DNA of 64,000 nucleotides, from contig NC_068982.1 in NCBI RefSeq assembly GCF_001194135.2, positions 29,225,853 through 29,289,852 on the forward strand. Direction: 5' to 3'. This document shows positions 14,040 to 25,331 of this stretch, in pieces. Made by a program: the position numbers and the translations under genes. The DNA is from Octopus bimaculoides (taxonomy: Eukaryota). The notes under the pieces are model-generated. The model saw only the letters and a list, made by a program, of their open reading frames with translations, did no database searches and was not told the DNA's origin. Positions within the stretch are counted from its first letter, which is position 1. Each line of letters begins with the position of its first letter.

Positions 14040-15085
14040 CACACACATGTATGTATATATATGTGTGTATGTGTGTAATATCAATGTATATGTCTACACA
14101 CATACACATACATAAAATATAAATGTTAATGTTTTAGGGTTCCACACTACACAGAACACATGCCATCCAACAATATTTGTATTTATATATGTAACATCAT
14201 CATCATTTCATATGATACAGAAATATGTTCAGTTATTATAATTTTGCATTACTGTCTCTTATGCTAAGGAACTGCAATCCATTGTTTAAATATGTAATCC
14301 ATTATGTACTGTTATCAAACATAACATATGTTTCAATAGTATAAATGATGAATATTCACCAAAACTGTTGTCGCATAGGAGTGTGGGTGGTGTGTCTGTT
14401 AGAAATTTTATCATTATAGACCAAATTTTCTATTCCTCTATTGAAGTTATACAATAAGTAAACAATATAAAATATGTAGCCTTTTCATCATATTTTAAAC
14501 CTATTTTAGTGTATTGATTCCTTACAGCATATTGATATTCTTTAATTCTACTAACACTCTGAATTATAATTTATTTCCCAAATCCATTTGTTATTTCCAA
14601 AAACAAAAATATAAAAACAATATGAGTTTAAATCCTGCTTATTTATTTATTGCCTTTTTTGTTCTCTGTTTCAATTTTGGAAATAAATGATAACGATGAA
14701 TATAAACTACTTATAAGTAAATCCTACTCATGCATTTAGATTTGCAACAAAATAGTGTTCAGATATAGTGAAAGAATGCCTTCGTATGTCATAATTGTAT
14801 AAGGTTTAAGCCTAAGGTGTGGAATTGGCAGAATCATACGACTCAGCATGGGCAATCATTTTCAACTGCATGAGACATGACTCATCATCAGGCAGGTTGC
14901 ACTACTAAAAACGGGCATTATTTTACCTTGTGAAATGAAGTGTACCATTGAGAAAGTCTCACAGGCCAGCCACCTCACAATTAAGAAACGTTATTTTTCT
15001 TTTTGAAAGTAAGTGTGCCATTCAGAAAGTCCCACAGGCCATAGTATTCTTCGATGTTGTTATTATTATCATTATTATTATTATT

Positions 15086-15168
15086 GTTCAGGTCACTGCT
15101 TGGAATTGAACTCGAATCTAGGGGTTAGTAGCCCGTGCTCTTAACCACTACACCATATGCCCGTGGGC
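15086..15168 (-). mobile_element. Very short tRNA-like SINE or tRNA pseudogene with (AAT)n tail
   Basis: Minus strand gggcatatggtgtagtggttaagagcacgggctactaacccctagattcgagttcaattccaagcagtgacctgaacaataat: A box, B box, anticodon-like loop CT-ACT-AA. No clear acceptor stem. Confidence 0.65.
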
Positions 15169-15344
15169 AGAAAACTAGTATAAATATAAAACAGTTTAAA
15201 CCTTCATTACTATACAAAAACTACCTTTGTTTCAATTAATTTTAAAAGTAATGAAAAATTTAGTAAAATAACTGTCATTTTTAAGCTAGTGTTAGGAAAA
15301 TATATTAACATGAAATTCTGAAAGAAGGTTCAGTTCAAATTGCT

Positions 15345-15572
15345 TTAAACTTTTAGCATTTAAAGTGGCTATATCTGGCCAATATTCTACCAGCTTTATG
15401 CTCAAAACCATCCAGATCTGGCCGCTCACACTAACCCTACAATGTCATTCTAAAAAATAAACAATCACAGCATCAAAATCTCAAAACTACATGACAATGT
15501 ATGATTAATTCAAAACAATGTGAATAAATAAGTATTACATTTGACAGAGTAATCTGAGTGCTAAAGGGTTAA
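15345..15572 (-). mobile_element. piggyBac-like MITE, same family
   Basis: Reverse-orientation copy ending gctaaagggttaa; internal sequence matches the 19664 copy. Confidence 0.8.
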
Positions 15573-16629
15573 AGCAGGAAGCTTGTATCTAGGATTAAGG
15601 GTAATCTCAGGCAGGTTGATATCAATAGGTGTAAGCAGATGTATGTTAGCAAGTAATTTGTATTTCTTGTAGTTTTTCCATCTTTTGGAATTGATGGACT
15701 GATTTTAAATTCTGGAATTAGTGAAAAAAAAAAAGCAGTTGAAATGAAGAGAAACAAAATGTAGGTGTTATGAAGTCATATGCAAAAATTTGAAATTTTA
15801 AGAATTTTTAAACTTTCAAACTTTCACATTAATATATTTCTATGAAAAAGTAAATTGTTAATCTGCAATACTCGATGTATAAACATGTATGCTAAAAAAA
15901 AAAATCGAACTTATAAACATTCACTATGATATGGTTTTTAAGTTACTAAATATTAGTTATTCCACAGACAAAATCTTCATATTGATTAATTGATGTTTCG
16001 AGTCAAACAACATAATTTCTATAGTTATTGTGTTAATATAAACTCCATTTATAAAAATGCCGGATAATTTTAGCTTTCTACAAACATTTTTTTTTTTTTT
16101 TTTTCATGAATTAACTCTAACTAGAAACATTTGATGAACTTTCTTTTATCAAATTTAATAAAGAGAAATCACATCTCACTAGGGACATGCTCACACACAA
16201 ACACATGTACTACTATCATTTTACATTTACTTTCCATGCTGGCATGGGTTGGGTAAGTAATTGCTGTTCCTCAAGGTGGACCAGAGAAAATCATCTTGCG
16301 TATAAGTTTTATTTTTGTTTGTTTTCTATGGCTGGATGCTTTTCCTAAAATCAAGCACTTTACAAAGTGCACTGGGTGCATTTTCTTCATAGCACCAGTA
16401 CTAGAGAAGATGGGAGTGAATGCAAAATGGATAGCAAGAGGTGGTTAAATGGTGAGGCTAAATGGGGGACATCAATGCAAAATAGTCAGATGGGAAGTGT
16501 AGGTAGAGTGCATGGGGTATAGACATATCAGACTCCAATGAGGCTGATGTTGTATTCCCTTTATTGATTTTACTACTATATATATATATATAATATATAT
16601 ATAGTATACATTATATGTAGAAAGGGTAA

Positions 16630-16965
16630 AGGTGAATGGCTCAGTGGTTAGAGCATTGAGCTTACAATCATGAGGTAGTAAGTTTGATTCTCGGATCAGG
16701 TTGTGTGTTGTGTTCTTGGGCAAGATACTTTACTTCACGTTGCTCCAGTTCACTCAGCTGTAGAAATGATTTGCTACGTCACTGGTGCCAAGCTGTATCG
16801 ACCTTTACCTTTCCCGTGGACAACATCAGTGGTGTGGAGAGGGGAGGCTGGCATGCATGGGCAGGTGCTAGTCTTCTACAAACAACCCAGCCGAGACTTG
16901 TGCCTCGGAGGGTAACTTTCTATGTGTAATCCCATGGTCATTCATGAATGAAGGGGATCTTTATG
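16630..16965 (+). mobile_element. SINE family 2. Other copies at about 8022-8275(+), 8628-8960(+), 24010-24330(-), 27028-27350(+), 34067-34268(+), 37490-37815(-), 53061-53340(+), 53765-53929(-)
   Basis: Shared agtggttag...ttgattcc...gttgtgttcttgagcaag...gctccagttcactcagctg body. Confidence 0.8.
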
Positions 16966-18419
16966 TGTTGTGTATGTGTGTAGATTGTTAGAATAGGTGT
17001 ACAGATTTTATATATTAAGAAAAAGGAGGTAGCCAGGATTGGGAGAGAAATTATTTGTTTAGCATTTTTGATTCTTTCAAGGATTCATCATGAATGATGA
17101 ACACCTCAAGGGGACAAAAGTGGTAAATATAGTTTTTGTCCAAATCCTGGCTACTTTCTTTTTCTTATGATTGATTGACTGACAGACAGACAAACAGAGA
17201 CATATGCTTTTCTAAAACTAACATAAAAATACAATTGCAGGCTTACTACAAGCATATTATATTACTTAATCCAGAGAAAAGCTACAGACCTCAGCTTCTC
17301 TTGCATCAAAATTTCAAACTATTTAGACTAAAATGACCCATATCCTTATTCCTTTCATGGGGAGCTACAAAAATAGTATTTTCTCCAGATTTTGGTACAT
17401 TTCACCTTAAAGGAAAAAATAAATGTTAGTATTCTTTGCTAATTGTTCTTATTATTATTTTTGTGAGAATTACAACTTCATTCCAGCTGCCTTTTCTTTT
17501 TTGTACTCCTGTATGCACTTTATAAAGTATTTTGTTTCCTTATTTAAACTATAAATCAATCTTATTTTTAAAACTTTTCATCGTTTTTTTCATATGCTTG
17601 CTTTTATACATTTCAGGGAAAGAAAAAAAGAGAAACAGGCTTCATTTATAATTTATAAGTTCAGGAAGGATCAGGGATATTTTAAAAAATATAATCATAA
17701 TAATAATAAAATTGCTGTATACATAATTTTCATGAAAAAAAAAACATTAAAAATCTTATTTACCAAGATTATTTTCTGACCATAACTTATTCATTATCTT
17801 AAAGGGTAATAATAAAACATAATTTGATTTAAAAAATTGATACTTACAATTAATTTTCAAAACAAATATATTTTTTATATTTGACACTGGTATTAAATTT
17901 AAGTCTTTTAATTGCGTATGAAATAGTCTCAGGGAATTCTACTTGTTACAGTATACTCAGTCAATTATTTAATTGTTGCCTCAATCTTTATTTAAGAAAG
18001 AGAAATACTTTCAAGACTAACATTTTGCAGTGCTAACATTATTATACTGTTAATATAAAGAAAAAAAATTCATGTTCAGTTAAGTTTCTCTGAACATATC
18101 AAATGCACTGAATCATGGCTCCTTCTTCTTCATCAGATTTAGAAATGCACAAATTTAGAAAAATATTGCTTGTATGTGTGTATATATATATAAATGTATC
18201 TTGTGTCTTGGGAGGGATATTACGGCAATAATAACACACGCAAAAACGAAGTATATATATATATATATAAATATATATATACATACTGTAAATAAGTAAT
18301 TCAAAATGTATAAAATACATGTAAAATTATGTGCAGATATAAGCATATATATGTATATTATGTATGCATATGAACTAAACTATGTTAGGAACAAATATGA
18401 AGTTGGAAGGTAACATAAA

Positions 18420-19110
18420 TGAGGGGAAAATTCAAACAAAAGTAAGAGTGTGTTGAGTATCTACCAAAACTATGTAAGTAAACACCATGGATGAAAATAA
18501 CTGTTGGCATGACATTGAGACATTTAAAGCAATCTACAAATAACTCAGACTAAACGACGTGTGTAGATTACTGATGGTTAAAAGAACAATTCTGACTACT
18601 CACAAAAGTTGTTATACTCACATAGAAATACTGACACTATAACTTACTCTCAGTAAGAAAACATACTCACTCTATATTTGTCTAAGAATTGTCCTTTCAA
18701 ATGCTTACTTGAGTTCTACAAGAAATTCAAAAGAAAGCTGAGTCTGACAAAATATTAGTTTTTTGGGGTTTTTTTTTTTTTTTCAATTCATTTTGATTTT
18801 CTGCAAGTTTGAGAAATGACACTGTCTTTTCAAGATTATTTGATACCTTCTTCTTGAAACTGGAGTTAAAGATTTGCAATCTTTTCACAAAGAGTTGTCT
18901 TATATTAGCTACAATATTCTTTGATATAGAAACACAGGAAACCTTGGACATATTGAAAAAAAAGCTCAGCTTTGAAATATTGAAGAATCTCATTAAAGAA
19001 TATGATATGGGGGAAAGAAAAATTTTGGCTTAAATATTTTTTCAGATTCAGTGAAACAACACAGTGAACACAGAGTAGAAAACACTCCCACAAATGGCAA
19101 TTATGAAATT
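18420..19110 (+). mobile_element. Highly degenerate RTE-like ORF2 fragment
   Basis: Broken frames loosely resemble the RTE pre-RT region (...G.RKILA.IF...LP); many stops. Confidence 0.35.
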
Positions 19111-19663
19111 AAAAATTGGTTTAGCATTGCATATCTTCATTCTTGCATTCAATTTCTGCTGATGGAAGAAATCAATTAAATATATTTATTTTAGATTTCA
19201 TACATCTTTTAAAAAAACAGAAAAACATAACATAGAAACACAATGTTATATTCACTATTATTTTCATCATAGCCATTATCATTATCATCACCACCATTGT
19301 AATCATCATATTCGTTATTCTTTCATTTTTTTTTTTTCATACTGGTATGTTTTGGATGAATCTGTAATATCACACTCCTCAATTCATTTGAATCCTGTAT
19401 TATCATTTTAAGCTTAATTCAAAATCCACAAGCCTTTCTTTATCTACCTTCACCATTCTCTATTAGTAACTCAAAATGCTTTTATTAATTATTAAGAGAC
19501 TACTAGTTACTAGTCAAATCTTGCCAGCTTAGTTTTAAGACATTGGTCTATTATCTTAATTAGTTTATTTATCATGCTGCTGTATTTGAATTTACCAAAT
19601 AGACAAGGTGCAAACCTATTCTATCTTTTGAATTACTTTGCTACTGCTAAGCATGATTGGTAT

Positions 19664-19896
19664 TTAACCCTTTAGCATTCAGACCACACAGTCAAATGTA
19701 AAGCTTATTTATTCAAATTAGTTTGAATTAATCATGCATTATCCTGTAGCTTTTAGATTTCAGTAAAGTTTATTGTTAATTTCTTTTTGAGAATGAGAGT
19801 GTAGAATTGGTGTGAGAGCTGGATCTGGCTAGTTTGAACATAAAACAGGTAGAATAGTTAGGCCTGATATGGCCGGGTTAAATGCTAAAGAGTTAT
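19664..19896 (+). mobile_element. piggyBac-like MITE (~230 bp)
   Basis: TTAACCCTTTAGCATT...AATGCTAAAG(A)GTTA terminal inverted repeats with TTAA-type ends. Confidence 0.8.
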
Positions 19897-19899
19897 TCA

Positions 19900-20225
19900 A
19901 CAGCAGATCTTCCAGCTTTTAACTCACCAGCATACTACCTTCTCTCTCTCTCTTTTCTTTCTAATGTTACTATTATGGTCTCTGTTATTCAGAGCTAGAT
20001 TGTCTCCTCATACCTTCTCTACTCAAGCAGCCCCAACTTTTTCATCTCTCCAACTCTCGTTGCTTTTGCTGCAATCAATAGCATCCCAAACCAAACCTGC
20101 ACTAACCATTATTCCCAGTCTTTGATCCCAGGAACTGCCTCCCACTGGAAACTTCTCCTTTGTGTCCTTCTTGCAGGTTCTGACCTGTAACAGTTTAAAG
20201 AGAACATAACATCTTCAAGCTCATT
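19900..20225 (+). mobile_element. CR1-clade LINE ORF2 3' end, degenerate
   Basis: Frames give YYGLCYSEL... and ...SQSLIPGTASHWKLL, resembling the CR1-type C-terminus (YYHG.CS.EL...SF.PRT..LWN.LP). Confidence 0.55.
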
Positions 20226-20574
20226 CAGTCTTTGATGGCCTACAAAAAGTCATGGGCACTGACCCCATCCTCCAGACTCAGCAAGTGAAAAAGTAAAGGA
20301 GCACTGAATCATGTAATAAAGCTTTACTAACTCAGCAACTGTTGAGACATCACACTAGTTTATTAGTTGTCATCTGAAATACAAATAGACATCAAGCTTC
20401 CTTAAAAAGATAAAGTCATGGATAAAAATGAAATGCAACAGTGTAATTTTCAAAATCTATTTACCAATAAAATTGTACAAGAGTAGCCTGGTTTTTTTAA
20501 GGTTATGTGAGCAATCATTGCTTTTTAATTTAGGTCTTCACTAACTGCCAACTACTTATCTTTTATCTTTTACT

Positions 20575-20942
20575 AGTTTTAGTCATTGGACTGCAGCCAT
20601 GCTGGGGCACTGTCTTGAAGAATTCTTACTTGAATGAATCAACTCTAGTACTTTTTTTTAAGCTTGGTACTCATTCTATTGGTGTCTTTTGCTGAACTGC
20701 TAAGTTATGAGGACGTAAACACACCATTGGTTGTCAAGCGGTGGTGGGAGACAAACAAAGAAAACAAACACACACACATACAATAGGCTTCTTTCAATTT
20801 CTATCTACCAAATCCACCAACAAAGCTTCGATCAGCCCAAGGCTATAGTAGAAGACACTTGCCAAAAGTGTTATGCAGTGGGACTGAACCTGGAACCATG
20901 TTGCTGAAAAGCAAACTTCTTACCATATAGCCATGCCTGCAC
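20575..20942 (-). mobile_element. SINE family 1. Further copies or fragments at about 3452-3640(-), 8370-8522(-), 13150-13295(-), 22577-22850(+), 29520-29670(-), 33690-33820(-), 38552-38922(+), 40950-41566(+), 43085-43218(-), 44455-44545(+)
   Basis: Shared head and tail motifs (actatagcc...gtggatttggtag; cagcatggccgcagtc...gactgaaacaagtaaaag). Confidence 0.8.
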
Positions 20943-21889
20943 CTTATGTGTATTTGATGCATCTAAAGTTCTTATTTTCTGTCAGATAGCCAAATATTGT
21001 ATTATATTTTTGATCAATTATTTACAGACTGTATAGTACTGAGTTCAAACCAATTTACTTCTATCAGTGAGAAAGTTAGGTGCACATGAACAACAACCCA
21101 GGTTTAAGACTCTAATTAAATTTGGGAATAATGAAAGCAAAGTAAGTATTTTCAACAAATACAATGAAAAAAACCATAAAGCAGTTGTTTACAAGTGCTC
21201 TATCTTCAGAACCTTTTACATTCTTTAAAGTTCTTGAGACAGACAATATAACAAGAAGCCTGATAACTTGATCATTTCTGTAGAATTATCTGTTGGAGAA
21301 TGGCAGATAAAGTTCAAAATGTAAGAGAATGTCCTAACAATGAAAATGACAAAAACAGTAAATATAATCCTATGAAATCATTAATTTCAACAGGACTGTT
21401 ATCTTTACAAAAAAATCTAATCACCTTCTGGTAATTTTAGAAAGTTCAGCAGTTATTTTCTGGTGAAATGATAATTCTTCCTGTTATAATACATCTTTGA
21501 GTAAGTTTACATTAAGAAGTGCAATGTACAATTTCCTGTAAGTCAGACAAAATGGAAAAGGCATTGCCCTGGAAGATGGTAAGGGAGATGCACTGGATCA
21601 GCCAGTCTGACTTACAGGATTTGCAAATAGCCATCTCTGCTCCAACAGTGGTGAACAGGGATATGGTATCATGAATCAAGAGAAAATCCCAAAGCGTGAA
21701 CCTATATAGAAAGTCACCTCTCAGAGTACTTTACAAGGAAATGAAAGGGAGAATATACTGAAGCTAAAGTAATGTCTACATAAAGACCTATAGATTGTAG
21801 ATGGGTTTAGAGTTCAGTTTCTTTTTTTTTTTGTTTACTCTGTTGAGCTGTATCATGGCCTGTAAAGGCCCTTTCACCTGACATTAGTA

Positions 21890-22470
21890 AATCCAATGCA
21901 GTTGCTATCCAGCTTGAACTTCTGTAGATTGAGAACTGCAAGGGAAAACATGGACTGGATGTGGGCATCAGAGGAATATTCATATCCATGTAGGAAGTAC
22001 AAGAGATGAGAAAAAGTAAGTGGCAGCAAGGCAGAAACATTGGTGGACTAATGCAGAAGTTGATACACTAGTTCACAGAAATGGAGGCAGTAACATAGAT
22101 AATATAAGAGGCAGAAAGAAGATGTATAAAGCAGCAGTTAATATGTACTGGTGACTTAATTTTTACTAATCTTTCCCATATGGCCTTTTTAATAAATATA
22201 ATTCATGATGCTTGGACAAGATACAGCAATACCATCCCATATATGCATGCAGTACTTATGCCATTGGACTTTTGCTTTCTCAGGATCCAAAAACTAACCA
22301 GGACTATGGTATTTTCTATCACTGGAAGAAAGTATAAAATATGGGGTGCAGTTTGGGCCAAATTACTGATGTGTGATCATCAGAGATTGTGGGGTTTAAT
22401 TTTTCTAGAAATTCTAAGTGCCATAACTGAGTAGAAAGTGTAATATTACAGGATTTTTTTCCTTGATATC
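21890..22470 (-). mobile_element. CR1-clade LINE ORF2 3' end, degenerate
   Basis: Minus strand gives KAKVQWHKYCMHIWDG.AVS, matching the CR1-type YKA.VRP.MEYCSHIW.G motif. Confidence 0.6.
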
Positions 22471-23561
22471 TACAGTAATTCTAATTAATCCAAAAGTGTT
22501 CAAGAACTAAACAGCATCTCAGATATTTATCTCCCATTTAGAGGACATATCTATCACTTTGAAAATAAAAAATACTCTGCGTGGTAGAAATTTGCTTCCC
22601 AATCACATGGTTTCAAGTTCAGTCTCACTATATGACACCTTTGGCAAGTGTCTTCTGCCCTAGTTCAGAGTTGGTGTTGATTTGTTCACATCCTTGTAAC
22701 TTAGCAGTTCAGCAAATGAGTCTGATATGATGAGTAGCAGATTTTTTTTTTAAAATAAGCACAAAGGTAGATTTGTTCAACTGAAACCCTTCAAGGTGGT
22801 GCCCCAGCATGGCCACAGTCCAGTGACTAAAACAAGTAAAACAAAAGATAAAAGGTATTTAGAAACAGAAATATTTTTCTATTGCACAAAAATCACGGCC
22901 TCATTCTCAAAGAGACTATGCTACACACAAATATTAACTCCAATTGCTTTATTATACCACTGACCAAGTCATAGCACTCATACAACATGTAAATATATCC
23001 TACAATTTCATTATAAACTGATAGGCTCTTGATAGCTTTTTTATAGCAAAACCTTTCCCATTACTTACAAGACATCCTTAACCTATCACAAATAGAGATG
23101 AAAAGGAAAGACACACAGACAATACATTCTAGGTATAGAGATAGATGGGATGGCCTCACTGCTGGAATGACATATGATCATTAGTCTGCATAATCAGGGC
23201 TAACAAAGAGTGAAACAACAATAACAAAAATCTTTACGAAACTGAGAAAAGAAATTTTGGGGACTTTGATTGTAAACCAAGACGATGGAGAATGGCAATT
23301 TCAGTAAAAACTAGTACTAGAATATGACTATTTCACTAAAAGATAATAATATGCTATAGGTATTTCAGTAAAAGTAATACAGTAAAAGATAATGGAATAT
23401 GACTATTTCAGTAAAAGATAATACTATAGTTACTGGGGGGTAGATTAAAATCCATAGAGACCTTATGCATTTAAAAAATTTTTGTGCTGCCATATATGTG
23501 TAATTCAAAATATAAACAATAATAAACCATATGGTATTTTTAAGTCTCAAATTTCATCAAA

Positions 23562-23615
23562 TTTACTGAGGTACCCTTGTATACCATATATGGTATACAA
23601 GGGTACCTCAGTAAA
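23562..23615. repeat. Perfect 54-bp palindrome with no spacer
   Basis: tttactgaggtacccttgtataccata followed directly by tatggtatacaagggtacctcagtaaa. Confidence 0.95.
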
Positions 23616-25042
23616 AGATAATCCAGTAAAGTTACTTTAGCAAAGCATCATTGTAAATGACTACTTCTCTGTAGTAACCCCCAAGTTCCAGCACAAATTT
23701 ATGAAAAAATTGAAATTAATGTCTAATAAATGTCTATATCTATTTCCATTTTTATCTCCTCCAGCTTTCCATCCACCATATTTCATAGGCCAGGGTTAGG
23801 GCACTGAAATATTTAATAATAAATCTTTAGACTCCTTAATAATATTATTTAGTTCCCTATAGGATGATTGGCATAGCTGTAACAATTACAATTATAGGCT
23901 AATCAGGCAACTTAAAAATAAAATGTTATAGTAACTAGAATTTACTCCTTTATAATCAAATCCCTCCAGAGAAGATATGGAAAAATGTTCTTGAAAACAT
24001 AAAAGAAATTCTTGCATACTTTTGTATATTGTATACTGGCAGTCCATTGGTTATGACGATGAGAGCTCTAGTTGATCTGATCAATGGAATAACCTGCTTG
24101 TAAACATGTGTACCCTTAATGTAGTTCTCTGGGAGATTCAACATGATACAGAGTGTGACAAGGCTAGCCCTTTACAATACAGCTACTAATCATTTTTGTC
24201 AACTGAGTGGACTGAAACAACATGAAATAAAGTGCCTTGCTCAAGGACACAATGTGTCACCAGGAATTGAACTCACAACCTTACAATCATAAGCTAAATA
24301 CCCTAACCACTAAGCCATGTACCTTCACATATTGTATATTATGGGCTAAGTATTAACGAGAATCTTCCACAAGGTCCAGTCCTAGTTGCAGTATGGTGAC
24401 TAGTGTGCCTTAGAGCTGTGCTAGCAAAGTGCAGCCTCCTGGTGGGGGCCTCTTATGTTGGACAAGTCAAAGGATAGAAGCCATCTCTTCCCACAGGTAA
24501 AAATGGGTTTGCGTAGGGCCAAAACCCCAACATAGGAAAGAGCAAAGTAACAGAAACATCAATGACAATTCAAAACCAACAAGACTTGAGAGAGGGAAAA
24601 CACAGCCAAGATTCAAGATCAGTTGAGAAACGTCATCAATTGTCTATGTTCTATAGGGAGGGAAGGGCTTAAGTGTTCCTGAAAATAGCTTCAAAAGCAA
24701 GACAGAGGGAACTTGTGGTACCTAGTTAGGCAGACACAAAAACTTGAATGTTAAGTGATTTTATTGTAAGTGGCAGAAGATCAAGAAGGTTATAAAGCAG
24801 TAAGGGGAAAAGATAAAATTTCAAAATGTTGGAGATTTAAGATCAACATTGAGAATTTCATGTCAGAAATTTGGAAACAGGGCAATTTAGTTGTGACAAG
24901 TAATTTAGATAATATATCTAAGATCTGAGGGTTGATGTTTTTGATGTAGCAATGAAGTGTAGAATAGCAAAGTTTATTAGAAAAGGAATCACAATTTAGA
25001 CAAAGTATGACTATAGGATATTGAGAAAACTGTTGTATAAGT

Positions 25043-25331
25043 TGTGGTATGACGTCAGTGTCTGGGGAGGCTGACCGGAAGGGCGAGTTGACCGGAAGAG
25101 GAAAAAGGGCAGAGGGAGCTTCGATCGGGATTCGTGCCCTTTTCGAACGGGGTCGCGGACAGGACAAGACGTGTCTAGTGACGGTCTAGGTTTGGGAGAA
25201 GCAGCTGCTATTCCTGGTGTTCTTTGGGGTCGGGGCAAGCTTCAAGGATTGGATACCGTAAGACAGACTCACAGTCGACGAAAGGAAAACCGAGGTAAGG
25301 CGATTACATCTACTCATACGCACACACCACA
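25043..25331. mobile_element. Probable solo LTR (289 bp)
   Basis: Ends TGTGGT...ACCACA (6-bp terminal inverted repeat, TG..CA), flanked by taagt/aaagt (4/5 match, TSD-like). Strongly GC/CpG-rich relative to its surroundings. Confidence 0.55.
25050..25300 (+). promoter_or_regulatory. CRE (TGACGTCA 25050-25057), two TGACCGGAAG ETS-type motifs and a GAG/GTAAGG splice donor at 25294/25295
   Basis: Motifs read directly from the sequence; function not shown. Confidence 0.35.

Noticed and set aside
9528-14122. Long ORFs full of X and YI/IY repeats (also 40499-40837 and 60420-61097)
   Set aside because: Artefacts of N gaps and (TA)n tracts.
18809-19033. 74-aa plus-strand ORF as a nested gene
   Set aside because: Better explained as part of a decayed RTE-like ORF2; neighbouring frames are full of stops.
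24790-25238. 125-aa and 75-aa minus-strand ORFs
   Set aside because: They run across the boundary of the GC-rich LTR-like element into unrelated DNA; no recognisable product.
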